Below are positions 41,277 to 55,343 of a stretch of 64,000 bases of DNA, in pieces; positions within the stretch are counted from its first letter, which is position 1, and every line of letters starts with the position of its first letter. The notes under the pieces were generated by a model. That model saw only the letters and a list, made by a program, of their open reading frames with translations, made no database searches and was not told the DNA's origin. This DNA is from Octopus vulgaris (Eukaryota): the NCBI GenBank assembly GCA_951406725.2, contig OX597817.1, forward strand, positions 80,848,001 through 80,912,000, written 5' to 3'. The translations under genes and the position numbers were made by a program.

Positions 41277-41342
<66 letters not shown>

Positions 41343-41559
41343 CTGGTAGCAGGTAGTAGTAGTCCTAATATTTGATATGAGTTCTTGGTTTTGATTGGTT
41401 AAGCAGCAGTATTAGCTGAGAAAGGCGGAGACGAAGAAGAAGAAGAAGAAGAAGAAGAAGAAGAAGAAGAAGAAGAAGAAGAAGAAGGAAGAGGACGAGG
41501 AGGAGGAGGAGAAAAAATGCGTGGGTGGTATGACAGTAGTACGCTTCCAACAACCCTTT

Positions 41560-43410
41560 CCTAAAAATAAGTAAATCATAACAACATTCAAACACAGATT
41601 CATACCTATCTAAAAAGTGGAACCATCACCCCCACCAAAAAAGAATACAAGACCTAACCCTAACTTTGTGAGCCACTAGTGACACAACATTGGGAGTACC
41701 TCAACATCAAACAAAGAAATAAAAAAATCCCTACCCGCAGCATAGACCTACCCTCCATAAGGATTTACCAGCGAAATCTTTGTTCCAGCAATCTACTAAA
41801 CAACCATGCACAGCGTAGGAATAGAGCCAATTCAATTCTGGCTAGAGAATTACTCCAGTGAACTCCCACATCGCATCAAAATAAAATTAATCTCGGAGAA
41901 TAAATACTTTGTCTCCTAAGACAACTTCTATCGACAGTAATCGGGTTCTGAGATGGGTACAAGAATGGCTCCCTCCTTTGCTAATCTAGTAATGGAATAT
42001 CTAGAAATCAGTCGTTATCGTAAGGTACTAGAAAAATACGGCAACCCATTCTCACTCTATATAGAAAATAACTGGAATAATATCTGGATGAATGTTTCAT
42101 TCTTTGGCATGAAAGTATAAAGAGATTTATAGAATTTCAAGCACTTATAAATGGACTTGACGTAAACATTCAATTTACGATGGAATGTAGCCATCGACAA
42201 CTTCCATTCCTTGACATCCTCATTAAGAAATCTAACAACGAAATAGAAAGCTATATACTATAAACTCACGGACTCCAAGCAATATCTACCGTTCAACTCA
42301 TGCCACCTCAGGCACACTAGAATGAATATTCCTTTCAACTTAGCAAAAAAGATTTGTACTATAGTTTCTAATACAAGCACCAGGGACACGCGACTACATG
42401 AACTAAAGGATACACTCATTACCAGGAACTACCCACCAACAATAATTGATATAGGCTTTCAACGTCCCCCTACAACTCAACATCCATGAACACAGGCATC
42501 CCAAATTAAAGAAGGATTTACAACCAAAAGCCCAACCACACATCTCCACACACAACCCTCTTAACAATGAAGTCTTAGACACCATCCTCCAGAAGATTCC
42601 CCCACACAAAAAGGGGCCACAGAATGAATTTAATCCAAACGCACACCATCATAAAGAGCAAAAAACAAACCAAATCTATGAAAAGTCTCCTAACAGAAGC
42701 CCAAGTACGTCCGACAACAACACTGAAGCCGTCAGTAAAAAATGCAGAAGACCTAAGTGTGGTATATGCGTCAACCTAATTGAGGGATCGGAGTTCTCTT
42801 CCAAACAGAGTCAACGTTTTACAGTGAAAAGCAGCTTCACATGTGCTTCAGAGAACCTAACATATATATTAACTTGCTCTGGGTGTCGAGAGCAATACAT
42901 AGGCCAAGCCAAAACCAGTCTACGTCAAAGGATTGCTCTACATAGATCCCAGATCAACATTCGGGAATACAGAAAATTAGCATTAAGCGAACACATCGAC
43001 ATTTGCGCCACTAACAAACAACCCAGTTTTAGAATTTTTCCCCTCTATAAATTCAGGAACGATGCAACCTGTGTTCAGTGCGTTAGTAAAGAGTCATATT
43101 TTATCACAAAATATAAACCCCGTTTGAATGCGTCTACCACAAATGACACTATTACAAGGGCCTTAGAATAATACCCACACAAATATTAAAAACGATATAT
43201 TCAGAACAGTCACCCTTGAATTTATTCAGAACAATTCCAATCACTACTATTACAACCACAACAGGTCACATTTAGGTCACTTAACCATTTAAGAGGATTC
43301 CACCAGCATCCTACTATTGTCATACCAGTCCCGCAATTTTTATTATTACGAAAATTTTCTTTATGACAAAATTATTTTAGCATTTTCTACCTTGTCTTAT
43401 TTTGTTTATA
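41560..43410 (+). mobile_element. Penelope-like retroelement (Neptune-like), decayed RT plus GIY-YIG
   Basis: RT motifs MGTRMAPSFANLVM, YLD-like, IQFTME..LPFLDILI, KLTDSKQYLPFNSCH, IPFNLAKKICTIVS. Also a Cys linker CRRPKCGIC and a GIY-YIG domain. Confidence 0.9.
42824..43171 (+). pseudogene. GIY-YIG endonuclease domain of the Penelope-like element
   Basis: FTCASENLTYILTCSGCREQYIGQAKTSLRQRIALHRSQI..SEH..KESYFITKYKPRLN. Confidence 0.9.
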
Positions 43411-44050
43411 CACACACACACACACACACACATATATACACAGTGAGTCCGTAAGCTCATAGTGGGATTTTAAAAACATTGCTTGATGTAACTTCCAAAA
43501 CATTTTATATACATGCTGAATAAGAGGGCAACTAATACACTTTACCTACAATTTAGTGCAATTCGATTCCGTTTCCATTTATTGCCCTACAAAATAGATA
43601 TTCCAGTTGGATGAGTAAAACCAACTAAGTTTGCTCACCCGTAAAACCATTACATGTAAACCGCAAGCTAATTGGTTAAAATAGAGGCAGGATCTATGCC
43701 AGTATTATCAGTGGGCTCGGCATGCAAATTGGCCAAAACCGGATTCCAAAAATTCGGCTTGTTGGAACCTTCTAAGAGATACAAAAAGGAAGAAGTCAGT
43801 CATTTTACTACAGTCGACAAGAACTTAACTGTCAGTAAAATACATTTTGAAATCTGATGATTATTGCGAACGTATGAAAGCGCTAACTGAACTTTATGAA
43901 CATTACATAATATTTTTTAGTGCTTAACACATTTCAACATTGTAAATAAATTTTTTTTTTAAATACCATAATAAAAAGCGTGAAAATCAGACCGTTTTAA
44001 CTTTATTTAATCAATTGATGTATTATTCTATACGCTTTTACACAAATTCA

Positions 44051-44090
<40 letters not shown>

Positions 44091-44091
44091 T

Positions 44092-44420
44092 CATTTACTC
44101 TTTTAATTGTTTCAGTCATTTCACTGCGGCCATGCTGGAGCATCGCCTTTAGTCGAGCAAATCGACCCCAGGACTTATTCTTTGTAAGCTTACTACTTAT
44201 TCTATCGGTTTCTTTTGCCGAACCGCTAGCTACGGGGACGTAAACACACCAGCGTCGCTTGTCAAGCGATGTTGAGGGGACAAACACAGACGCACAAACA
44301 CACACACATATATATATACGTATATACGACGGGCTTCTTTCGGTTTCCGTCTACCAAATTCACTCACAAGGCTTTGGTCGGCCCGAAGCTATATTAAAAG
44401 ACGCTTGCCCAAGGTGCAAC
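44092..44420 (-). mobile_element. SINE family A
   Basis: Close match to the family A body and tail, followed by (CATA)n. Confidence 0.85.
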
Positions 44421-44695
44421 GCAATACATACATACATACATGCATACATGCATACATACATACATACATACATACATACATACATACATACATACATACA
44501 TACTACGGACTTCCACACAGTTTCCCTCTACTAAATTCACTCACAAAGTATTTGTTGTCCGAGGCCAAAGTGCCGTACAGTTTCTCAGTGGGATTGAACC
44601 CAAAAACCACGTCGTTGCAGAGGTCGCTTCTTAAGCATACAACCACGCCTTTACCTAAAAAACAACTTTTTAATTATTCTTTTCTTATTTGCGGT

Positions 44696-45075
44696 AAGGT
44701 GGCGAGCTGGCAGAATCGTTAGCGCGCCGGGCGAAAAGCTTTGCGGCATTTTGTCTGCCGTTACGTTCTGAGTTCAAATTCCGTCAAGCTCGACTTTGCC
44801 TTTCATCCTTTCGGAATCGATTAAATAAGTACCAGTTACGCACAGGGGTCGATTTCATCGACAATCCGTTTGTCTGTCCTTGTTCGTCCCCTTTGTGTTT
44901 AGCCTCTTGTGGGTAGTTAAGAAATAGGTATTTCGTCTGCCGTTATGTTCTGAGTTCAAATTCCGTCAAGGTCGACTTTGCCTTTCATCTTTTCGGGGTC
45001 GATATAATCGACAATCCGTTTTTCTGTCCTTGCTCGTCCCCTCTGTGTTTAGCCCCATGTGGGTAGTAAAGAAAT
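44696..45075 (+). mobile_element. SINE family B with internal duplication
   Basis: Head AAGGTGGCGAGCTGGCAGAATCGTTAGC. The body is repeated from 44928, as in 4212-4630. Confidence 0.85.
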
Positions 45076-45598
45076 ATATATTTCTTTCTGCTTTGCTTTC
45101 TAAATTTGAATTCTGCCGACGTGTGCTTTCCTCGATCATCCTTGTGGGGCCAATGTGCAACACAATCACTGGAATTGTAATAATCGGCTAGCCCATCCTT
45201 AAAATGTCAGCCCTTGTTCCAATAGAAAGGATTATTATTTTAATGATTAAATCCATTTTGTTAGGCGTTGAACTTGAAACCTTGTTAGTCGTGACGAAAT
45301 ACAGGAAGGTGCATTTAGTCAGCTTGCTTTTTCGTTCCGGTCACCTCTTATACTCTATTGTTGTAACAGCCAAAAATTAAATATTCTAGTTACAACCGAA
45401 ATATGATATTAAACTTGTCCTTTGTTTTCCTTCTGTGTTGTTGTTTTTTATCCCCTTTACCTTTGTTTCGTTACTTTTTGTTTTGGTGTGAATGTTATTT
45501 ATTCTACGCGGTGTTATTGTTGATTGTGTGAAAAAAAAATCTGTACAATAAAAAACAAAGTTGAAAGCCATAAGACTGAATAACATATAAGAGACTAC

Positions 45599-45659
<61 letters not shown>

Positions 45660-45682
45660 TATACATATATATACATGTATAT

Positions 45683-45739
<57 letters not shown>

Positions 45740-45816
45740 CATGTATAAATATATACGCATTTATATATATATATGGGTATATATATATATATAAAATGCG
45801 TATATATTTATACATG

Positions 45817-45875
<59 letters not shown>

Positions 45876-45957
45876 ATATGGGTATATTGGGTGCCTGTTT
45901 GTGTTTACTAAGCATATATTCGTATGTATGTGCGTGTATATATATATATATACATAT

Positions 45958-46024
<67 letters not shown>

Positions 46025-46332
46025 TATACATGTGTGTGTGCATGTATACTTGTAACAAACGTTTTTTTTTTTAATAACAAAAAAAATAGACATGTAAAAA
46101 CTGGCGCTGACAAAATTTGCCGGTTTATTTAGTCGATAACAAATATACCATATAGTAGAAAGTGTGAAAATATTTCACCCCTAACCAAACTCGTTTCCAG
46201 AAATATAAAAAAAAATAATCGCTGAAAAAAAAATTTGAGGGAAAAAACAAAAAAAGACTAAATTAATCAATTTAACAATATGAAAACATTTGTTCGCTTT
46301 TTACAAATTTTTTTTCTATTTTTCTGTCCGTG

Positions 46333-46389
<57 letters not shown>

Positions 46390-46969
46390 TTTTTAACTTT
46401 TTTGTTTTGTTTTGTTTTATTTTATTCTATTTAATTTTATTTTATTTTCCAAAACCAATTCATCCAATGATTTGATCGGATCAATACACTATTGATCATG
46501 TGCGATCACTTCCAGGTGACTCCACACAAAAGCTTACATTCTGTTCTTTTGAACTTTTTAGATCTTTCAGTGGTTCTCTGTGTGTGAGAATATTCCCCTG
46601 CTGGAATATTTGTTCGTCAATAGCATTAACACAAGCCTCATCTGCATGATACAATATAAATTACCATATCTGAACAAAAGCGCCGCCGCTCCCACCACCG
46701 TCGCCACCACTTCTCTCTCTAGTCTAACTTTCTCTGTCGTCATTTTTTTTCATTTTTATTTTTCATCTTTTTTATTTTTTTCATGTTGAAGTTTTTTTTT
46801 CCTCCATATTTAAAGTTCACCGGGCGAAATAAGCGTGGTCGTGCTGTGTGTCTGAATGTTTGTGGTATGCATTTATACATATATACATACATGCATACAC
46901 ACATATATATAAATACATACATACACACTATGTGTATACCTATATATATGCATATATACATGCACACAC

Positions 46970-47026
<57 letters not shown>

Positions 47027-47061
47027 TAGATAGATAGATAGATACATACATACATACATAT

Positions 47062-47102
<41 letters not shown>

Positions 47103-47544
47103 CAGATGCATATATATATATATATATATATAACACATATATAAACACCCACGCCCACACACATACATATGTACAGATGTTCATATATATATATATACAA
47201 ACATATACATATGTATATCGATATGTGTGTATATATACATATATATGAGTGTGTGTCTATGTGTATGTAAATATAGTTTAGTCTAACGATGCGTGTGAAG
47301 TGTGTACTTTTATGTATATGTATGTATTTTTGTGTGTTTGTCTTTGTATATTCGTGCGGTGTGTTTGTGTATCCATTTTCATATGTCTGAGAAATAATTT
47401 AGGAATATGTGAATCGCGAGTAAAAGGCTGAATTTTAATGAGTCCACGTAAAATAGTGTTTTCTTAGTGTTTGTGAATGGGCTGTGTTTTGGAATGTGTG
47501 ACTGAATATAAGTGAAAGTCTATGTAACTTAAGAAGGTCTCATA

Positions 47545-47970
<426 letters not shown>

Positions 47971-48340
47971 GCATGTATGCATATATACATTCATATTGAA
48001 ATTCCATTGAAGGAGCCTTGGATCTCGGTTAAAAGCTGACTTTTTCTCTATTGGCAAGAAATCTTGAAATAAAACTGAGCAATGACACACATACCAGTGC
48101 TTTTTCAACTACTGTTTTCTTATATGACTGACCATAGATTTTGTCTTAGGATGCAGTTGGCATCCTTAATACATGCAATTAACAAAACAACAAATGTGCA
48201 TCTAACATTCTCACCAACGCTACAAGACATATGCCATCTGTTACTGATATTTATTGAGTTATTTATCCCAATGCGTCAATAAAAGATACTCTTTCCGGGC
48301 CAATACGGCAACTAATTTAGCATTTCGTAATATATTTGCA

Positions 48341-48708
48341 CGAGCAAAACGCCCCCGTCCAGTGGACGGTGCTGAGTTGTCAAACATTTAAACCAAATTT
48401 TCTCAAAACGACTTGCCCGACCGTCCCATAGGCCTCCCCTGTCAGAAACACTGATTTAACCTAAATTTGAGAAACCAGCAAAAGAAGAAATAGATACACT
48501 TTTTTTTTCTATTCCAAAGAAAAACGATTTTATTCACTTCATCGATCGCATTCTCACCTGGAATCGATTTTTGTAATTTTTTCAAGACTTATACACGCCC
48601 TGATACCGTCGGTATCTACATATCAAATTTACGCGCAATCGAATGGAGGATGCCCGAGATCCAAGAAGACATACACACAGACAGACAGAACGGATTTTAT
48701 ATAATAGA
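48341..48708 (-). mobile_element. Non-autonomous Helitron-like element, copy 1
   Basis: The minus strand starts A|TCTATTATATA with (CTGT)n near the 5' end. It has a subterminal hairpin CCGTCC-nnn-GGACGG and ends CTCG|T (CTRR-like). Confidence 0.7.
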
Positions 48709-49332
48709 TTATATTTTTTTTTATGCATTCATGCATGCATACATATTTTTTGTATCGTGTAAAATTAAAACTTGATCAATACGCTGATTTGAGAAATTAG
48801 GCAATGACTTCTAAGGTAGGCACATGACCTCAAGTTTAATGGTTATGTGTAATTGTTAATATCGATCCAATACACACCTGATATTTATTTCATTGAACCG
48901 GGAATGATGTAAGTAAAGGGGTCTCGGCAGAAGTTAAATTCATACTGTAAAAAAGGTAATCTACCAAATATCGCAAGGCATTTTGTTCGACACACTACCA
49001 ATTCAGCGAATTCATAGAGGGAATATATGCTAAAATATGATGCTTGAAATAGTTTACCTTCTCTGTAAAGTAATATTTATTGCTTATTGATACCTTGTGT
49101 ATAAAGATTCTCTATGTGTTGTTACTACTCTGTTTTCTGTTGTGGGTATGTGTGTAGAATGCCAAGGAAGTGAAATAACATGGATGACCATTCGATGATT
49201 CAGTTATAATTGTTTATGCAACCTGATTTTTTACACTGCAAAAGAATGCATCTGTTGTCTAAACAAGAACGCACGTAAAAGCTTTTAGAAAAAACACAAA
49301 CCAATAAACCACGTGAAATTACTAGTAACAGC

Positions 49333-49650
49333 CATTTATTTTTATTTATGCGCCCTTTTCAAGCCTAGCCAGGGTCATGGGCCCGGTTTCCCGGTTTCTG
49401 TTGCGTATGTGTTCCCCGCAGCTGGACGGGACGCCAGTCCATCGCAGCGTTACTCAAGAAACAAGAAGAAAGTTTGAGAGAAACTTGGAGCGAAAGAGTA
49501 CAGCAGGGTCACCACCAACCCCTGCCGGAGCCACGTGGAGCTTTGGGTGTTTTCGCTCAATAAACACACACAACGCCCGGTCTAGAAATCGAAACTGCGA
49601 TCCTCCGACCACGAATCCGCTGCCCTAACCACTGGGCCATTGCGCCTCCC
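49333..49650 (-). mobile_element. tRNA-derived SINE family D, full length
   Basis: Same head as family C (GGCGCAATGGCCCAGTGGTTAGGGCAGCGG) but a different tail. TSD AGTAACAGC at 49324-49332 and 49651-49659. Confidence 0.9.
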
Positions 49651-50864
49651 AGTAACAGCGAATAGGGTTTACAAACTTTGTTGCAATCTTCAAAGTTATA
49701 AACTCAACTATTCTATTGGTCATTGGATTATCAGACTTTCGCACCGGATTGCCATACGTTAACAAGTTGCAATTGCAATTCGCTATTTCATACAATACTA
49801 CAACAAAATTAGATTAGTAAACGTTAGTAAATAACACGTAGAAAAATAGGCACTTAACGACGAAGACTATGCGCACAACACAGCACAAAGCTAAATTACA
49901 TCCACATCTACGATACGCTTCTTTCTAACAAAAATTAATCATTCCTCAACAATTTAAATTTCACTGCTATTATCGACCTCAAATGTGGTTTTGTTGATTT
50001 CACAGCATCAGCAATGAATGCGGATGCCACATTATCCAGAATATGGGGGCTCGAAATTCTACAAGCATTGATGATAGATTTGTTAGTTTTAGTGGTTCAA
50101 AAAATTGCATGACACTCACGGGAAAATATTTTATTTAAAAAAAAACGTTAAAATGGCTAAAATTCGAAGAGAGCGAAATTGTTCGATCCTTCAACTAGAA
50201 TCATACCCAATTTTTAAAAAATACATTAATCTTGTGTTCCATGCACGAAAACTCGAAATTTCTGTCCAATCAGATTCCTCATAATCATTTAAAATATCGC
50301 AAAAGTAATGGATGCTGATGTTGAAGATTATCCCCTTTATTATCTTGATTTTTGGTGCTCTGCACGGCCATAGTCAAATGACTGAAGCAAGTGAAAGAGT
50401 AAAAGAGTAACTATGAGTGTCACTTCCGTTGGACAAAATCTATCAGTTATTAGCTACTATGTCACACATCGAATGTCCCTTGAGAAACTCAGCAAATGCA
50501 ATATTGTTTCATTCATTATCAGGAAAGATTTCGAACGCATTTGACTTTAATCTTTGTTATAGAGTTATTCAAATACAGCGTACGTCTATCTCTGTCACCT
50601 TAGAGTCCTTTCAGACCAAACATTGCAGGCAATAAGTATCGATGGAGTTTTGCCGGCCATGAATTCTGTGTGTATGTGTGTGCGCGCGCGCTTGTGTATT
50701 GAGGTTATAAGAGGTAACGGTGTCATTGAGACCTAAATGTGTAAGGTAATGCTGAGTAAGTGCTATAGACAGACAATAGTTAAGTTCCAGGTTTGGGAAT
50801 TTTGCGAATAAGGGGTTCAACGTTGGTCATATGTCAGCGTGTGCATGTAAGAATTTTTTGCGTA

Positions 50865-51270
50865 ATAAGACAAAAAAAAAATCAAGGCTGTGTAGATATT
50901 AGAACATTTATAGATAGAATGTCTTACAGGTGTTTCCAGGATGTTTATTAATTATATCCCTTCATCGGAGACGGTGTGAGAGGATGGTTAAGTAATACTT
51001 AATTTAGATAGGATACAAAATAGAGATTAAGGCGGAGGAAAGAAAATAGATGTGAGATATGTAGGGATATTGAAGTTGTTGATCCATTTTTTAGGCATTA
51101 TGGTACATATGTAAGATTCCAATACCTTATGAGTAAAATCCAACAGAATTTAAAATGGGTCATTCCAAATATAGAGTTTATAGACAATTTAAGATTCCAA
51201 TAACTTATGAGTGAGATCCAGCAGTATTTAAACTTGGTCATTCCAAGTACAGAATTCCAAGTACACAGTG
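50865..51270 (-). mobile_element. Penelope-type terminal region with degenerate hammerhead
   Basis: Minus strand GTCT-CCGATGA-AGGGAT..ATCCT-GGAAA-CACCTGTA^-AGAC at 50972-50921. A ~78-bp diverged tandem duplication lies at 51113-51255. Confidence 0.55.
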
Positions 51271-52107
51271 TTGCAGAGTCAAAGGTTTTTATTTATATAT
51301 ATGTATGTACCTATATATTTGTGTATGTATGTGTGTGTGTATGTACGTATGTATGTCTTATAACATGCATAAATCTTTTACCAATTAACCCAACGTTTCG
51401 TCAATAGGCCAGAATGAGTTAAACCGTTAAACCGTAATATAATCGAGCGCATTAAGATTTATCGGAAAAAGCTGGCTTTCATTGGCAGAGGTCAGTCTTT
51501 ACGACAATTTAGTATTAGCTGTCATTAATCCTTAGCCACTGATGACATCGTAAAATTAAAAACAAAAGAAAAAAATTACAATCTGATTAATTATCATCTT
51601 TTGCTAATGTTCTTGTTATTGTTATTGTCGTTGTCGTTGTTTAACTGTTGTAGTTGCTGTTGCTGTTGTTTTAATGCAGCTAGTTCTTTATTGTTGTTGT
51701 TGTTGTTGTTGGGTCTGTCAATGTTCTTGTTTTGTCGATGCTGAGAATGGTGTTACCTCTTCGTACTTTGATTAATATTTTTTTAATGTAAACGCAAAAT
51801 TGAGAAACACAAAAACTCTCACTCTCTCCCCTTCTCTCTCTCACACACACACACACGTGCGCGCGCACACAGACATATACACATGAACACATACACACAC
51901 ACAAATGACCACGCATTCACCTCTCTCACAGTCGTATATATATATATGTGTGTATGTGTACATACAAATTCACGTCACACACGTGTAGACACATATGTAA
52001 ATATGCAAGCGCATAAACATTATACGCGCATGGGCAGGCATCCTCACGCATGTACAAACATACACACACGTATACATACACACACACATATGCACACAGA
52101 AATGTAC

Positions 52108-52460
52108 ATGGTAAGTAGCTTGCTTACCAATCATATGGTCTCGGGTTCAGTCCCACCGCGTGGCACCTTGGGCAAGTGTATTCTGCTATAGCCTCGGACC
52201 GACAAAAATTTTGTGAGTGGATTTCGTAGACGGAAACTGAAAGAATCCCATCGCATATGTGCGTGTGTGTCTGTTTATCTCCCCATCATCGCTTAACAAC
52301 TGATGTCGGTGTCTTTAGGTCCCCGTAACTTAGCGGTTACCGATAAGATTAGTACTAGGCTTACAAAGAATAAGTCCTGGGGTCGAATTCTTCGACTAAA
52401 GGCGGTGCTCCATCATGGTCGCAGTCAAATGACTGAAACAAATAAAAGAATAAAAGAATA
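52108..52460 (+). mobile_element. SINE family A, near full length
   Basis: TGGTAAGTAGCTTGCTTACCAA..GGGTTCAGTCCC..GGCACCTTGGGCAAG..GACTGAAACAAATAAAAGA. Confidence 0.9.
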
Positions 52461-52794
52461 TGTGCACACATACACGCTTGGTGTGTAAATATACGCGAGT
52501 ATATAAACGCGCATGTGCATGCCTCCACTTGCACATGTAAGCACATACGCAAACACAGGTTCACACACGTATACATTACACACATCACACACATATGCGC
52601 ACATGCAGACAGGTGTGCAAACAAGCAAACATTGCACGCGTATGGAACACATTTGAGCATGCAACCACACATACAAGCACATATACGCACATGCACAAAT
52701 ACTGACGCTAGAACTGGCTCTCACACATGTGGGAAGTGCGTGCATGCGCACATATACAGACACACAGATGCACTTATACATATATATACATATA

Positions 52795-53191
52795 CGTGCA
52801 AAACGCCCCTCCCCCCCCGTCCATTGGACGGTGCTAAGTTGTCAAACATTTAAACCAAAGTTTCTCAAAACAACTTGTCCGAATGTCCCATAGGCCTCCA
52901 TTTTGAGAAACACTGATTTAACCTAAATTTGAGACACCAGCAAAAGAAGAAATAAAGATAGACTTTTTCGATTCCAAGAAAAATGATTTTACAAATTTTA
53001 CAGATTTTATAAATTTTACAAACGGCTTTATCGATCGCATTCTCACCTGGAATCGATTTTTGTAATTGTTTCAAGACTTATACACGCCCTGATACCGTCG
53101 GTATCTACATATCAAATTTGAGCGCAATTGGATGGAGGATGCCCGAAATCCTAGAAGACACAGACAGACAGTACGGATTTTATATAATAGA
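52795..53191 (-). mobile_element. Non-autonomous Helitron-like element, copy 2
   Basis: Homologous along its length to 48341-48708, with the same hairpin and TC start. Confidence 0.7.
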
Positions 53192-53849
53192 TATGTACAC
53201 GCATACACCTATATAGAAGCACGCACATCGCACTCATACACGTAAACACGCCTCCCATTTGGTTTTTATTCGTCCAGACGATCAACTAGGCTGATTCATT
53301 TCAATTGTGAGTCAAAGCAAGAATCACTTCATAAACAAAAACAATCTTATTTAAAATCTCGTTTGTTCAGATAGAAAAATAAATGATTTAGTATAAATAC
53401 CACGAAAAAATATACCACTTATCATACTGCTATTTATCCTTACACTATGTACTCTTTGCTATTAGTTCTTTAATTTTATTGATCAATCCAATCCATCGAT
53501 AACCTGCTGTCAAGAAAAAGAAGCTTTCCTTGCATTTCGTTTTTAAAGAATTTCGATTCCATTTCTTTTCTCTATTTTTTTCTTAAATTACTCGTCAGAA
53601 AGAAAAGTTACCGACTTGGTACAGTCAATTTCTTTATTAACCATGAGGTTGAGAAAAAGAGGGGACGATACGAGGACAGACAAAACAAACATTGGGGTTA
53701 GGGTATCGAATGAGACGAAACCTATGAATAAACAATTAAATGAGAATGAGTGATTTACAAAAAAAATGACGCAGTCGTCAGCGCGCCGGACAAAATAATG
53801 AAAGGAAAAGCTGTAGTGTGTGTAGTGGGCTTTCCCATTTGTTCTTTCG

Positions 53850-54133
53850 GAGTGGTTATCAACCGGGGCCCACATAGTTCCTGAGGGCTCATATAAGAAT
53901 TTGAGAGGTCCACACAATAAAATAGTAAATTAGGGATTCACAATAGTATTTAGATCTATGTACTGGTATGTATTGCAAGAAACCAGCTCCCTTCTAACAT
54001 TTTACATAGTTCAACCTACACAAGTTAATGTGCGAAAGGCAAATAATAATTTTAAACGTTGAATTGCTAGGAGTCCATCAAAATAAAATAATAACCAAGG
54101 GGGTTCATAAGTAAAAATGGTTGAGAACTTCTG
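53850..54133. mobile_element. hAT (Charlie-like) MITE
   Basis: Imperfect TIRs GAGTGGTTATCAACC and GGTTGAGAACTTCTG (consensus-like CAGTGGTTCTCAACC). No clear TSD. Confidence 0.5.
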
Positions 54134-54829
54134 ATTTAAATGCTTAATTTTAAAATAATCATCCGATCGATTAGACATCTTTTTTCTTTGTATTTATGTC
54201 TATAAAACTCTTTTCTTTCTTTTTAGATTCTTACGGCAACGTGAAACACTCTAATTTTAAGAATTTATAAAGAACACTATAATGATAGAATGATATATAT
54301 TATCTTCTAGTATTGATATATGAAACATTTTGCAGGTAAATATGGTTTCGTCATTAGTTTCTGTATCAGAAACACATGTACGTTGAAACTTATGAGTTTC
54401 GGCATATACAGTTTTATGTAGTTAACTAAGTGCCTATATGTTGTGGTCAAAAGGTTTTAACACCAGAAATTATATATGAATGTGTGTGCGTGTGTTTGTA
54501 TATGTCCATGTACGTATATATATATATATGTTCTCTTCTTTTTTTATTTAAATTGTTCCACTGAGGAAGGTTTCTAACGTCGTTGGAATATAGATAACAA
54601 AACAATCTTTCATCTAAACTTGATAGAAGTCTTGCATATTTTTAGTGTTCCACTTGCAGGTTGTATTTGTATATAAGTATATTCGTTTACATGTACATAC
54701 ACATAGAGTGCATATGCGATGAGTCGAAAATCATGAAGTCTGACTGCATATTGCGATCTGTGAGCAAAATTTAATGGCTTCTAGTAGTTTCACCAACTGC
54801 ATTTTTATAGTTCGGGAATTTTGACTCCT

Positions 54830-54901
<72 letters not shown>

Positions 54902-54907
54902 TATGTG

Positions 54908-54941
<34 letters not shown>

Positions 54942-54971
54942 TGTATGTATGTATGTATGTATGTATGTATG

Positions 54972-55180
54972 TAGAAGGACTTAAACGACATGCAAAGGTA
55001 CATGAAGCCCAGTTACAACTACAGCTGGCTATTACCGGTAAAGGTTTTAGTTGCCAATTCTGTACAAGACATTGTAGATCTTTAGCTGGGCTAAAAAGTC
55101 ACATTCGATCACAGCACCAATAACAGTTAAGCTTCGTGCAATGGCCATACTCGATAACGAGGGGGCAGCCATAATGTATG
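54972..55180 (+). mobile_element. RTE LINE 3' end with C-terminal C2H2-like fingers
   Basis: [33 protein letters not shown], a short 3' UTR with CTCG-ATAA-CGAG hairpin, and an (ATGT) tail. It is embedded in (TATG)n. Confidence 0.7.
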
Positions 55181-55189
55181 TATATATAT

Positions 55190-55343
55190 TACTCTTTAAC
55201 TCTTTTACTTGTTTCAGTCATTCGACTGCGGCCATGCTGGAGCACCGCCTTTAGTCGAGCAAATCGACCACGGGACTTATTCTTTGTAAGCCCAGTACTT
55301 ATTCTATCGGTCTCTTTTGCCTAACTGCTAAGTGACGGGGACG
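55190..55343 (-). mobile_element. SINE family A tail, cut off by adjacent element
   Basis: A close family A match that stops abruptly at GGGGACG. Confidence 0.85.

Noticed and set aside
43672-43857. 61-aa ORF as a host exon
   Set aside because: There is no recognisable homology or supporting neighbouring exon, so it cannot be supported from sequence alone.
51539-51560. Isolated CTGATGA motifs (also ~29315, ~29925) as hammerheads
   Set aside because: No stem II/GAAA/stem I arrangement surrounds them.
54905-55123. Host C2H2 zinc-finger gene exon
   Set aside because: There is no TGEKP linker. A stop, RTE-type short 3' UTR and repeat tail follow, so it fits a LINE C-terminus better.
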